Part shown: positions 10,397-20,424 of the stretch, piece by piece
Numbering within the stretch: position 1 is the stretch's first letter
How the letters are laid out: every line of letters starts with the position of its first letter
DNA from: Myxococcota bacterium
GTDB lineage: Bacteria; Myxococcota_A; SURF-8
NCBI GenBank assembly: GCA_965140415.1
Contig: OZ223209.1
Location: 1,632,001-1,696,000 of the forward strand
Reading direction: 5' to 3'
Length of the DNA stretch: 64,000 nt
The notes under the pieces: model-generated
Seen by the model: only the letters and a program-made list of their open reading frames with translations
Databases searched by the model: none
Told to the model about the DNA's origin: nothing
Program-made: the position numbers and the translations under genes

Positions 10397-11599
10397 ATGT
10401 CTGCACCGGTGAAAGATATCGCGATCTTAGGCAGTACGGGTTCGATTGGAACGAGCACGCTGGACATCTGCCGTCGTTTCCCGGATCGCTTTCGCGTGGT
10501 TGCTTTGGCTGCCGGAGAAAACGACGAACTCCTAGCCGAGCAGATCCGGGAATTCGAGCCGCGCCTGGTTTCGATGAAAAGTGAAGCGGCGCTTTCCCGC
10601 TTGCAGCGGCGATTACAGGCAAAGAGCCTGCAAGAACTTCCCGAATTACTTGCAGGCGAAGCCGGCGCACTGGCGGTTGCCGAATTCGAGCGAGCGGAGA
10701 TCGTTGTTTCCGCTTTCGTTGGGGCGGCTGGACTCAAACCGACTATGGCGGCGTTACGGCGTGGTTGTCGGGTGGCGCTGGCGAACAAAGAAGCGCTGGT
10801 TATTGCAGGGCGGGTCATGATCGACACCGCCAATCGCTACGGTGCAGAGATTCTGCCCGTCGATTCGGAACACTCGGCGATCTTTCAATGTTTGCAGGGA
10901 CATCGCAAGGAGGATATCGACCGTATCATCCTGACGGCCTCTGGCGGACCCTTCTTGCATAAGGATCAGGAATCGTTAAAGAATGTCACGGTGGCCGATG
11001 CTCTTGCACATCCAGTCTGGAGCATGGGAGCAAAAATCACCATCGATTCCGCCACCTTGATGAACAAGGGTTTCGAAGCGATAGAAGCCCACTGGCTCTT
11101 TGACGTTGCAGCCGATCAAATCGAGGTGCGCATCCATCCGCAGTGCATCGACCACAGCATGGTGGCTTATGTGGATGGTTCGGTCATTGCGCAATTGGGA
11201 GCCAGCGACATGCGCGGTCCCATCAGTTATGCGCTGGCTTATCCTGAGCGCTTGCCGCTGCCGTTTCATCGGTTGGCGCTGCCGGAAAGCGCGCCGTGGG
11301 AATTTTTCGTTCCCCGACAGGGTCAATTCTTATGCCTGGAACTGGCGTTTCAGGCTATGGCTGCGGGTGACGGTTACCCGGCGGTTTTAAATGCCGCCAA
11401 CGAAGTGGCAGTCGCGGCCTTTTTAAATGGAAGTCTGCCGTTTCTCGGAATTGCCGAGATCAACCGGCAGGTATTGCAGGAGGCAATCCGAACCGAGCAG
11501 GGAGAGCGAATCGAAACGCTGGAAGAACTGCTGGTTTTGGATCAATACGGACGTGAGCAGGCAAAACGACGCCTGCAAGCAGATGACGTCCCGAATTAA
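10397..11599 (+). CDS. dxr: 1-deoxy-D-xylulose-5-phosphate reductoisomerase
   Basis: LGSTGSIG, LANKE, PVDSEHSAIFQ, TASGGPF, HP.WSMG.KITIDSATLMNKG, NAANEVAV. Confidence 0.97.
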   Translation: MSAPVKDIAILGSTGSIGTSTLDICRRFPDRFRVVALAAGENDELLAEQIREFEPRLVSMKSEAALSRLQRRLQAKSLQELPELLAGEAGALAVAEFERAEIVVSAFVGAAGLKPTMAALRRGCRVALANKEALVIAGRVMIDTANRYGAEILPVDSEHSAIFQCLQGHRKEDIDRIILTASGGPFLHKDQESLKNVTVADALAHPVWSMGAKITIDSATLMNKGFEAIEAHWLFDVAADQIEVRIHPQCIDHSMVAYVDGSVIAQLGASDMRGPISYALAYPERLPLPFHRLALPESAPWEFFVPRQGQFLCLELAFQAMAAGDGYPAVLNAANEVAVAAFLNGSLPFLGIAEINRQVLQEAIRTEQGERIETLEELLVLDQYGREQAKRRLQADDVPN

Positions 11600-11614
11600 C
11601 GAAGGAGTAATCGC

Positions 11615-13534
11615 ATGGGCCTTTTCTGGGCGCTGATTTTACTTGGTATTCTGGTTTTAGCGCATGAACTGGGGCATTTCCTGGTCGCCAAGGCGACGGG
11701 AGTCAAAGTGCTGGCGTTTTCCATCGGTTTCGGACCGCGCGTGGTGGGATTCCGATTCGGCGAAACCGAGTACCGCATTTCGGCCATTCCGCTAGGCGGT
11801 TACGTCAAACTGTTGGGTCAGGAATCGAGTGAGAACCTGCCAGCCGGTGTATTGCACCTGGACCCGCAGGGACCGGCGGCCAAGGCCGGAATCAAGGTCG
11901 GGGATATCATCGTTCAAGTCGATGATGTGGAAACCGAAAACTGGGAAATGGTGCAGGATGCCGTGCTGGATTCGCTGGACTCGCCACTTAAAATGGCCGT
12001 CGAGCGCAACGGAGAACGGCTGGAATTTTCGCTGGTGCGTGGCGATGCCACCGCTCCTTCCGCGCCAAAAGAAGATCGCTGGGGCCGTGGCGGCGGGGCG
12101 CAACTGCATGAACTGGGCTTGACGGTCGGCGACCATTCGGTGGAAAAGGAACATGCCTTTTTTACCAAGCCGTTGTGGGTGCGTTTTGCCGTCGTGTTTG
12201 CCGGTCCGGCAGCTTCTCTGATCTTCCCGATCCTGATTTACTTCGTATATTTCCTCTCCGTGGACAGTATGCCCTCCGCGCAGGTCGGTCAGATTCTGGC
12301 CGGCAGTTCCGCTCAGCAGGCCGGATTGCAGCCGGGTGACCGCATTGCCGCTATCGATGGCGAGGAGACGCCGTTCTGGGACAGTATGCGGGATATCATT
12401 TCCGATTCTCCCAATAAAACCGTAACGTTGACTGTGGAGCGCGATGGCCGGGAGTTGCAGCTTCCCATTACGCCGGAAGCCAGTACCTTCACGGATCAGA
12501 TCGGCGATCAAGTTACAGTCGGGCGTATCGGCATTACCGCAGATACCATCCCGGCGATTGTCGGCCCAACCGGCCCCCAAACTCCTGCCTATCAGGCCGG
12601 AATTCGACTGGGTGACACCATCACGGCCATCAACGGAGAAAAAATCCAGTATATCTGGCAACTTGAAAACCAGTTGCAGGAAATCGAAACCTCGGGTCGC
12701 ACGGTGCAAGTCGAATTGTCGCGCAAGCAGCCGGAAGGCGAACCGCAGAGTTTGTCGGTCAAGTTGATTCCCGCTCCAAAAACCGATGGCGGCGGTTTCA
12801 CGGTGGGACTGGCTTCGGCGGATACCTTTATCGGCAAAGTGGATGAAGACAGCCCGGCCAGCCAGGCCGGACTGCAAGACGGCGACTGGATTGTTTCTAT
12901 CGACGGACGCCCCGTTTCCGCCTGGATCGCTATCGAACAGGTGTTGCGCCAGAAAATGGATAATCCAATCGAAATGGTGATTTCCCGCGATGGGAAAGAC
13001 CAGACACTGACTATGGCGCAGAAAAAGGAAGTAGTGAAAAGCGAATTCGGCGACGAGATCACGCGCTACCGCTTTGGAGCCTGGTCGGCGGTGGAACGCA
13101 AAGACTGGGTGCGTGGCGAGTGGCTGGACATCGACAACCGCCTGACCTTCGCTACGAGTTGGGCCGGGAAAACGATGGTGGAAATCACGACCCTGGAACT
13201 GCGCATCTTCGCCAAGCTTTTCCAGGGTGAAATCCCCTTCAAATCCCTGGGCGGACCGATCATGATTTTCGACATCGCCGGAAAAGCCGCGGAGCAGGGC
13301 TGGCTCCCCTACCTGTGGATTATGGCGATGATTTCCATCAACCTGGGAATCCTGAACCTCTTGCCGATTCCGGTGCTGGACGGCGGACACCTGATGTTTT
13401 TCACCATCGAAGCCATCACGCGCCGCCCCTTGAACCAGCGCCTGAAAGAACGGGCGATTATGGTCGGATTGGCCATGTTGTTGATGCTGATGGTTTTGGT
13501 GTTTAAAAACGACGTGGAGCGCTATTTCTTCTAA
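11615..13534 (+). CDS. rseP: RIP metalloprotease RseP with four PDZ-like domains
   Basis: HELGH, FSIGFGP, IPLGGYVK, AGP and NLLPIPVLDGGH motifs; follows dxr as is usual. Confidence 0.95.
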   Translation: MGLFWALILLGILVLAHELGHFLVAKATGVKVLAFSIGFGPRVVGFRFGETEYRISAIPLGGYVKLLGQESSENLPAGVLHLDPQGPAAKAGIKVGDIIVQVDDVETENWEMVQDAVLDSLDSPLKMAVERNGERLEFSLVRGDATAPSAPKEDRWGRGGGAQLHELGLTVGDHSVEKEHAFFTKPLWVRFAVVFAGPAASLIFPILIYFVYFLSVDSMPSAQVGQILAGSSAQQAGLQPGDRIAAIDGEETPFWDSMRDIISDSPNKTVTLTVERDGRELQLPITPEASTFTDQIGDQVTVGRIGITADTIPAIVGPTGPQTPAYQAGIRLGDTITAINGEKIQYIWQLENQLQEIETSGRTVQVELSRKQPEGEPQSLSVKLIPAPKTDGGGFTVGLASADTFIGKVDEDSPASQAGLQDGDWIVSIDGRPVSAWIAIEQVLRQKMDNPIEMVISRDGKDQTLTMAQKKEVVKSEFGDEITRYRFGAWSAVERKDWVRGEWLDIDNRLTFATSWAGKTMVEITTLELRIFAKLFQGEIPFKSLGGPIMIFDIAGKAAEQGWLPYLWIMAMISINLGILNLLPIPVLDGGHLMFFTIEAITRRPLNQRLKERAIMVGLAMLLMLMVLVFKNDVERYFF

Positions 13535-13568
13535 ACGGTGGCTCCTCGTTTTGCTGGGTGTCTATATT

Positions 13569-14303
13569 ATGCACGATTCGACCGAACGCGGCTTGCGCCT
13601 GCTGGCGATTGAAGCCTCAACTATGGCGGCGTCCTGCGCTTTGTTCGAGGGCGAACGCTGTATCGTCTCCGATTTCAGGCTGGACCCGAAAACGCATCAT
13701 TCCGAAACATTGCTGCCGCTGATCGACGGTGTTTTCAAGCAGGCAGGCTTGACACCGCGGGATCTCGATGCAGTGGCCGTCACGCGCGGGCCGGGAGCTT
13801 TTACTTCGGTGCGCATCGGGTTGGCTACAGCGCGTGGGCTGGCGTATGCAAGGCGACTGCCGGTCTATGCGCTCTCCACCCTGCGTGTATTGGCAATGCA
13901 AGCGGAAGGTAGTGAATCTACACCGGTTCTGTCGTTGATCGATGCAAGAAAAGGCGAAGTGTACGGGCAGTTGCTGGCAGGGTCGTTGGCAACATCCGAA
14001 AGCTTGGTGACCGCTCGAACCGACAAGGCAGAACGCTGGATGGCCGATGCATTACAGGCGATTTCCGGTGAGATTTGCTGTATCGGAACCGGTGCGCTGG
14101 CCTATCGAGATCGATTGGTCGAGCTTGGCGGTGATCGCTTGCACTTTGCAACGGAAGAGGGGGCTCATCCTCGTGCGGAAACGCTGGGAACCTGCGTATT
14201 GCAGCGTTTGGTGGCGAATTTGCCGATGGATGAAGCAATTCCGGTATACCTGCGTAAACCGGAAGCCGTCGTGAATCTGGAAAAGCGGGAAAAAAAGAAG
14301 TAG
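13569..14303 (+). CDS. tsaB: tRNA threonylcarbamoyladenosine biosynthesis protein TsaB
   Basis: LLAIEAST, HSE.LLP.ID, GPGAFTSVRIG, IDARKGEVY, P.YLR. Confidence 0.93.
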   Translation: MHDSTERGLRLLAIEASTMAASCALFEGERCIVSDFRLDPKTHHSETLLPLIDGVFKQAGLTPRDLDAVAVTRGPGAFTSVRIGLATARGLAYARRLPVYALSTLRVLAMQAEGSESTPVLSLIDARKGEVYGQLLAGSLATSESLVTARTDKAERWMADALQAISGEICCIGTGALAYRDRLVELGGDRLHFATEEGAHPRAETLGTCVLQRLVANLPMDEAIPVYLRKPEAVVNLEKREKKK

Positions 14304-14484
14304 GGTAAAACGTTCGGTGTGATCGAATGCTGAGCCATCTAATTGAAATCACATCTGTTTGTTATTCGTAAGCAAAATGTAAGTCCGTTCGTTTGTTTGG
14401 ATAGAAAGTAAAGATTGCTTGTGTCAGGCCCGCAAATGGGCTATCACATTCAAGCGTTTGAGCGAAATAGAGGATAGCGTTGAT

Positions 14485-15999
14485 ATGGGTTTGTTCCCGG
14501 ATGTAAAGCTGACCCGCGATGTGATTAAGCTCGCTACGCCGGTGGTTTTGGGCATGGTGTTCCAAACGGCGGTGAACCTGGCGGACACGATCATGGTGGG
14601 ATGGATGCCCGACGAGACACAGTCGGTGGCGGGCGTTGCGGCAATCGGGATTACGCTGCCTCTATTCTGGGCGATTGGCGGGTTTCTTTCGGCGATTGCC
14701 GTAGGCACTCAAGCGCTGACGGGCAGGCGTTTCGGCGAAAATCGTCCCCAACTGGCGGGGCGAGTGCTGTACAATTCCCTTACAGTGTCTTTAACGACCG
14801 GAGCTTTTTGTTCGATTGCCGGTATGTTATTGATTCCATACGTGTTTCCTTTCTTCAATTCCAACCCGGAAGTGCTGAAAGTCGGCATTCCCTACGCGCA
14901 GATGCGCTTTATCGGCGTGTTTTCCATGGTCGTCACATTCAGTTTCAAGGCGTTTTTCGATGGCATCGGCAAGACCTATGTACACATGGTGGCGTCCATC
15001 GTGATGAACGTGACGAACGTGGGCTTGAATGCGCTATTGATCTTCGGTTTGTGGGGATTTCCGGAAATGGGTGTTTTGGGCGCGGGAGTTGGTACGGTTA
15101 TTGCCAGCTACCTGGGACTGATTATTATCGCCGCGTGGAGCTTCAAGCCGAAGTATTTCAAACTGTACCGCTATTTCCGCAAAGTCAATCTCAACTGGAC
15201 CGTACTTCGTGAAATCGTTCGCCTTTCTTTGCCTGGTGGACTGGCGACGGTGTTTGTGATGAGCGGCTTTCTATTGTTTATGAAAATCGTCGGTTTGATC
15301 GATCGCACCGAATGGCTGATGACTTTCCCGCGTGGCTCGATGATCGAGTTGGAGGCGACAGTCAACACTTATCTGGGCCAGGGGGCAGGCAGCGACATGC
15401 TCAAACTGCTCACCGGCATTCTGCCGCACGTCGATCATATTACGGAAAACATGCGGGTACCGGTTTATACCGCTGGAACGAAGGTGATTACCGACTTGAT
15501 GTCCATCAGTTTCATGACCGCCATGGCCATCGGCACGGCGACGGCGACGCTGCTGAGTCAGAGCATGGGTGCGGGCAAACCGCGACTGGCGGAACGCTAC
15601 GTTTGGGAAGCGGTGCGCATCGGTGTGTTTTTATTAGGTATTCTTGGAATTCTGGAAGCCCTTTTCCCGACATTCTTCCTGAATCTCTTTACCAACAAAG
15701 TGGTGGTCATCGAGGCCGCCTCCAGCAGCCTGCGTATGGTGGGTCTGGTTAACTTCATGATCGCCATCGGGTTGATCGTGATGCAGGCGCATTTCGGCGC
15801 AGGTAACGCCAAGTTCGTGATGTACGTGGAACTGGCGCTGCACTTTACCTGCCTGGTGCCACTCTCCTATCTGTTTGGAGTCGTTTTCGATTTCGGCATG
15901 GAAGGCGTTTGGCTGGCCGCCGTGTTTTATATTATCAGTTTAAGTAGTATCCTGGCCTGGAAATTCTACCAGGGGAAATGGAAGTACATCAAGATCTAG
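14485..15999 (+). CDS. MATE family efflux transporter
   Basis: KLA.P...DT.MVG pattern, about 12 TM segments, two homologous halves, N..LN..LIFG.WGFPEMGV.GA; start moved to ATG 14485. Confidence 0.9.
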   Translation: MGLFPDVKLTRDVIKLATPVVLGMVFQTAVNLADTIMVGWMPDETQSVAGVAAIGITLPLFWAIGGFLSAIAVGTQALTGRRFGENRPQLAGRVLYNSLTVSLTTGAFCSIAGMLLIPYVFPFFNSNPEVLKVGIPYAQMRFIGVFSMVVTFSFKAFFDGIGKTYVHMVASIVMNVTNVGLNALLIFGLWGFPEMGVLGAGVGTVIASYLGLIIIAAWSFKPKYFKLYRYFRKVNLNWTVLREIVRLSLPGGLATVFVMSGFLLFMKIVGLIDRTEWLMTFPRGSMIELEATVNTYLGQGAGSDMLKLLTGILPHVDHITENMRVPVYTAGTKVITDLMSISFMTAMAIGTATATLLSQSMGAGKPRLAERYVWEAVRIGVFLLGILGILEALFPTFFLNLFTNKVVVIEAASSSLRMVGLVNFMIAIGLIVMQAHFGAGNAKFVMYVELALHFTCLVPLSYLFGVVFDFGMEGVWLAAVFYIISLSSILAWKFYQGKWKYIKI

Positions 16000-16026
16000 C
16001 CGATCCGAATTGAAGGAGGCGCCTGG

Positions 16027-16905
16027 ATGCCCGTATTGATAGAACAGAGCTGGATTCTATACCTGCTGGCCGGGCTGTTCGGGGCGGTCCTTGCCTTGCT
16101 GGTTCTGGTGAATGTTCTTAGGGCGCGCAACCTCAAAAGCATCAATCGGCATTCCAATAAACGCTTGCAACTGGTTGGTACGCTGCTTTCCGAAGGCAAA
16201 CCCGAAGAGGCTTTGGAAATATGCCAGGAATTACTGGAGCGGCTCTCACCGCAACGTAACCCGCAACTCTATGCTATCGTACGAAACACCGAAGGGCGCT
16301 GCCTGCGCCAGTTGTTCGTCGATACCGGGCAAAGCACCTACCTGACGCAGTCCGTTCAGATTTATCAGAATACGCTGAAGGTACTCAGCGCTCAATCCGC
16401 ACCGGAACTCTACGCCGCGACGGTCACCAATCTCGGTAACGCCCTGGCGACATTGGCCGAGTTGCGCGCCCCGCAGGAAAACCTGGCGCGTGCGGTGGCC
16501 TGTTTCCACGAAGCCTTGGATATCTGGACCCGTAAAAGCAAGCCGGGCGGTTATGCCGGAGTTCATAACAACCTGGGTGGAGCGTATCTGGCGCTGGCGG
16601 CCCATCGCGATAAAGAGGAAAACACCCGCTTGGCGGCACAGTCCTTCGAGCGGGCTTTATCGGTATGGACGGTCGAATCTCAACCGATCGAGCGTGGCAT
16701 GGCGCTGAACGATTACGGCAATGCTTTAATGGAGTTGTTCCGCTTGAAACGCGATTCTTCCTTGTTGCAGGAAGCGGTCGCCGCCTACCGCGATGCGATG
16801 GACTGCTTCCCCGCCGCTTCTCATCCTACGGAGTACGAAACCGTACGTGAGAATCACGAACAGGCCGAGGCGCTGTGGAAGCGTTTGCAGACTCCTACCG
16901 GTTGA
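16027..16905 (+). CDS. Membrane-anchored tetratricopeptide repeat protein
   Basis: N-terminal hydrophobic helix; repeated NLGNA/NNLGGAY/NDYGNA..A...Y..AL TPR-like units. Confidence 0.75.
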   Translation: MPVLIEQSWILYLLAGLFGAVLALLVLVNVLRARNLKSINRHSNKRLQLVGTLLSEGKPEEALEICQELLERLSPQRNPQLYAIVRNTEGRCLRQLFVDTGQSTYLTQSVQIYQNTLKVLSAQSAPELYAATVTNLGNALATLAELRAPQENLARAVACFHEALDIWTRKSKPGGYAGVHNNLGGAYLALAAHRDKEENTRLAAQSFERALSVWTVESQPIERGMALNDYGNALMELFRLKRDSSLLQEAVAAYRDAMDCFPAASHPTEYETVRENHEQAEALWKRLQTPTG

Positions 16906-16907
16906 TC

Positions 16908-18065
16908 TTACGGAGTATCCGGTGGCAGGATGTTTTCGCAGGTTTTGATATCATCCAGGTACAACTGCTTGATTTCCGACAGTTCTTCGCGCGAGCGCTC
17001 GATCCAGCGATTATGCACGCGCAAGCGCTCCCCGATCTCCAGCGTACGCTCATAGGTCTTCATCGACTTTCTGAGCAGGCTTTGTACCTGCTTCTGAAGC
17101 ATACAGCGGTACATCTGGATTTCGTCCGCTTCCGACCCGATTTCCGGTGGCAGCGGCGCTTGTTTGAAGGCCAGGTAGAAGTCCCGGTACAGCAGGCCGA
17201 TCTGATAGCCGGAGGCTGTAGCCCAATGAGCGTTGTCCTGTTCGATGCTGTGCAAGAATAAATCCTGTGCGTCCAGCAATCGCTGGGCTTTGCTTTCCAA
17301 TTGCTGTTCCAACTGCTGCTTGTCCGGTGCAGCGAGTTCGATATCCAGGAAATATTGACGTTGGATCAGACCCAGGTAATAGGCGGCCATTGCGCCGTAT
17401 TCTTCGTTGTACACATCACCGCGCAATAAACCGATGCGGTATTGCTGGAAAGCGTCTTTCAGTTGTTCTTCCGCCCGTTCGTGTTCTCCCATCGAATACA
17501 ACGCCACACCGCGCCGCGTGTCGATTTCCACCCGGTCGTCCGCCGACAGCAGCCCGTAGGAGTCTTTTAGTTCATCCAATTCGGCAAGTAGCGCCTGCCA
17601 GCGTTTCAACTCGTGCAGGCAGGCCAGAATGCGAAATCGAGCATCGATCACGTCCTTGCCACGCTTCGTGGTTTTGATAACCAGTCGGTATAGCTCGATG
17701 GCTTCTTCGTAGTTTTGCTGGCGTTGATGCACCAGCGCCGCATTGTAGGCGCTGTCTGGCACCTGCGGCGCATTGGGATAATGTTCCAGAATAGCGCTGA
17801 AGTAGGCCAGCGCCAGGGCTTGCTCTCCTGCCGCGTAGGCTTCGTATCCGGCATCGAACAGGGTTTCGGGAGGCTGTGTCCAGTCCACTTGGGGACCGGC
17901 GCTTTTCTTTTCTTCGCTTTGCGGGTCGCCCTGAATGGTAGCCGGTTGCAGCACGATGCGACTTGGAGCACAACCGCCTAGCAGAATGAGGAGCAATCCC
18001 ATTACAATAAAAACGGCGAATGGCAACGGCAAGGTGTGCCGGGTATTGGCCAGCAGGTGGAACAT
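16908..18065 (-). CDS. TPR lipoprotein (BamD/YfiO-like N-terminal repeats)
   Basis: Lipobox LGGC; LF.AG..AY..G...A..YF..I...YP pattern; co-oriented downstream of the ArsA pair. Confidence 0.7.
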   Translation of the reverse strand: MFHLLANTRHTLPLPFAVFIVMGLLLILLGGCAPSRIVLQPATIQGDPQSEEKKSAGPQVDWTQPPETLFDAGYEAYAAGEQALALAYFSAILEHYPNAPQVPDSAYNAALVHQRQQNYEEAIELYRLVIKTTKRGKDVIDARFRILACLHELKRWQALLAELDELKDSYGLLSADDRVEIDTRRGVALYSMGEHERAEEQLKDAFQQYRIGLLRGDVYNEEYGAMAAYYLGLIQRQYFLDIELAAPDKQQLEQQLESKAQRLLDAQDLFLHSIEQDNAHWATASGYQIGLLYRDFYLAFKQAPLPPEIGSEADEIQMYRCMLQKQVQSLLRKSMKTYERTLEIGERLRVHNRWIERSREELSEIKQLYLDDIKTCENILPPDTP

Positions 18066-18077
18066 CCTGTGTCCTTT

Positions 18078-19199
18078 CTAATTGCGTTCGACTGAGACGA
18101 GCTTGGTGAGGGCGAGCAGGCCGGAGACATCGGAAACATCCTGCTCGAATAGCGGTGCCCGGTAAATCGTCGGCGCCGGATCGATACCGGAGAGGAAACG
18201 CTGTAATCGTTGCTGCTGGCGTTCGGCGGCCAGTTGATAGTTGTTCTGCGATTCCACCAGCCGATTCAGCAGGCCGCTGTCGTTTGTCGTTCCGGAAAAG
18301 TTCTGCTGCAATTGCTCCAACGAAAAGAGTTCGGGCAACGGCGGCATGGCGCGGTTGATCAGAAAACCGCCAAAAGGCAGATCCATGCGTGCCAGTTCGC
18401 GATGAAACAGCGCCGCATCCTGCAAGGAATTGGGTTGTGGGGTAGCGACGACCACAAAGTGAGTGTTGGAATCGTGCAGCAGTTTCTGTACGGCGCGTGC
18501 CCGGTCGCGAAATCCTTCGAACATACCCTGGAAAAGGCGCAAATATTCGGAAAGATCTTCGATCATCTGGCCACCGGCAAAGCGTGTCAGTGTTTTGAAG
18601 ATGTAGGCGGAGCCGAAACTGAGCACCTGCACACCGACTTTCCCTGCCATCAGGTAGGGGGTGATGACCCAGCGGAAAATCGATTCGTCGAAGGCGTCGA
18701 TCAAACGCTGGGGAGCGTCTAGGAAATCCAACGCATGTACCGTGGGTGGCGTGTCCAACACCAGCAAATCCCAACGCTTTTGCTCTACCAGTTCGTATAG
18801 CCGCTCCATGGCGGTATATTCGTGTGAGCCGCCCACCGCGCCGGAGAAATGCCGGTAGAACTTGTTGTTCAAGATCCCTTCAACCTGTTCGGGTGAAGTC
18901 GCATAGCGTTGCACGAGGCGGTCGTAGGTGCTACGCACGTCGAGCATCATGGCGTCCATGCGGCTTGCTTCTTCGCCGTTTTCGCCGGGAATCTCCACCA
19001 CGCTGCCATCCTGTTGAAATTCGCGCATACCCAGAGACGAAGCCAGCCGCCGGGCCGGATCGACTGTCAGTACCGCCACTTTGCGTCCCGTTTGGGCCGC
19101 GCGGCAGGCAATGGCGGCGGCGCTTGTGGTTTTACCCACGCCACCTGCCCCGCAGGTGATGACGATGCGTTTATCTTCAAAAAGACGATCAATGTCCAT
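18078..19199 (-). CDS. ArsA/GET3 family ATPase (second of a tandem pair)
   Basis: GAGGVGKTT, TVDPARRLA, GSHEY.AME.L, DTPPT.HALDFLDAP. Confidence 0.9.
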   Translation of the reverse strand: MDIDRLFEDKRIVITCGAGGVGKTTSAAAIACRAAQTGRKVAVLTVDPARRLASSLGMREFQQDGSVVEIPGENGEEASRMDAMMLDVRSTYDRLVQRYATSPEQVEGILNNKFYRHFSGAVGGSHEYTAMERLYELVEQKRWDLLVLDTPPTVHALDFLDAPQRLIDAFDESIFRWVITPYLMAGKVGVQVLSFGSAYIFKTLTRFAGGQMIEDLSEYLRLFQGMFEGFRDRARAVQKLLHDSNTHFVVVATPQPNSLQDAALFHRELARMDLPFGGFLINRAMPPLPELFSLEQLQQNFSGTTNDSGLLNRLVESQNNYQLAAERQQQRLQRFLSGIDPAPTIYRAPLFEQDVSDVSGLLALTKLVSVERN

Positions 19200-20160
19200 T
19201 GCGACCGTCCAGTGCGCGTTCGATCAGATCCGCCACTTTTTCGGTGGTTTCGGGGCCGAAGGATTCGCTGTATAAGTAAGGAATGTGAATTTCTGGCAGC
19301 GGGATACGCTCTGTCAGTTGTCCCAAATAGCGTTCGGCCATTTGCCTCCGCTTCTGGGAGATGCGCCCTACGCGCAATAAACCTTTGAATTTAGGTTGCT
19401 TTTTAGTGAGTTCGGTCAATTGCTGCAAGCGGGGCTCGTCGCCAGGTTCGAAAAACTTTGGAAATATAGAATTCACGAACAGACAGCCCAGCGGCATTTT
19501 GTATTGTTGTGCGATGGTTTCAAACATCTCCTCGGTTTCGGCCACCGGCATTTCCTCGGGTAGCGTGACCAGATTGATGATCGTCATCTGTGGATCTTGC
19601 AGCATTGCCAGCATCTCATCCGCCGCTTTTTTCACCGGACCTTTCTGCACCGCCCGCAGCATGACGTTAGGCAGATTTAGTAAAAACAGGCCGTGTCCGG
19701 TAGGGGGCGCATCAAGCAACACCAGGTCGTATAAGGGTTTTTTACTGCGCTTTTCCTTTTGCATGACGTGGTAATGCACCTTGCCCAGCGTCACCAGATC
19801 TTTTAGCGCCGGTACCGCCCGCAGGAAATAGCGCACCGCCCGGTTTTCGAAAACCAGACGGTAGATCAACTCCAGTTTGACCTGAAGGATCACGTATTCT
19901 TTCAAAGCCGATTCGGGGCGGATGTTAACGGAAAAGAGATTGGGGGCGACTTCGCGGATGTCTTCGCTGGCGCGTTCACAACCGAGATAACTGGAGATTT
20001 TATCCTTGGTGTTGACCTGGACGAGCAGCACCCGCTTGCCGCGTTTCAGCGCAAGATGAGCCAATGCAGCAGTGACGAAACTTTTTCCGACGCCGCCTTT
20101 ACCCATGGTCACGATCAATCGACGATCCAGAAAGTCTTCCATACCCGTCCTTTCCAGCAT
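19189..20160 (-). CDS. ArsA/GET3 family ATPase (first of a tandem pair)
   Basis: GKGGVGKS, DAPPTGH, VTLPEEMPV.ET; overlaps the partner gene; an alternative start at 20142 has a better ribosome-binding site. Confidence 0.9.
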   Translation of the reverse strand: MLERTGMEDFLDRRLIVTMGKGGVGKSFVTAALAHLALKRGKRVLLVQVNTKDKISSYLGCERASEDIREVAPNLFSVNIRPESALKEYVILQVKLELIYRLVFENRAVRYFLRAVPALKDLVTLGKVHYHVMQKEKRSKKPLYDLVLLDAPPTGHGLFLLNLPNVMLRAVQKGPVKKAADEMLAMLQDPQMTIINLVTLPEEMPVAETEEMFETIAQQYKMPLGCLFVNSIFPKFFEPGDEPRLQQLTELTKKQPKFKGLLRVGRISQKRRQMAERYLGQLTERIPLPEIHIPYLYSESFGPETTEKVADLIERALDGRNGH

Positions 20161-20424
20161 GATGCGGCGTTAACATTAGCTCGGCTGGGATTGGGTGTCA
20201 AGCTATGTGACCGGAAGAGCGGGGGATTTCCGGCATCCGTTTCTTTTTCGATCGAACAACCAGGATCTTGCCTAATGCGGTAAATCGTGTAGCCGATGGT
20301 TGTAGCGGCTGGACCTGAACCCACCGTTGTAGTAATTCCAAAAATGCAAAATACTACTTGAATAAAAACTCACCACGCTCATAATAATCTCATGAATATC
20401 AGAATTGTACGAATGGAGGCGGTG

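Noticed and set aside
11135..11165. dxr HPQCIDHS variant of the usual HPQSIIHS as a sign of pseudogenisation
   Set aside because: The frame and the other catalytic motifs are intact; could be ordinary divergence or a base-call error.
11792..13390. 532-aa minus-strand ORF, and similar long ORFs such as 4357-5634, 17572-18774 and 59976-60965
   Set aside because: Antisense or alternate-frame shadows of well-supported genes; no recognisable motifs.
18078..20160. Arsenic resistance operon
   Set aside because: No arsB/acr3/arsC/arsR nearby; the motifs fit the non-arsenic ArsA/GET3-like pair.
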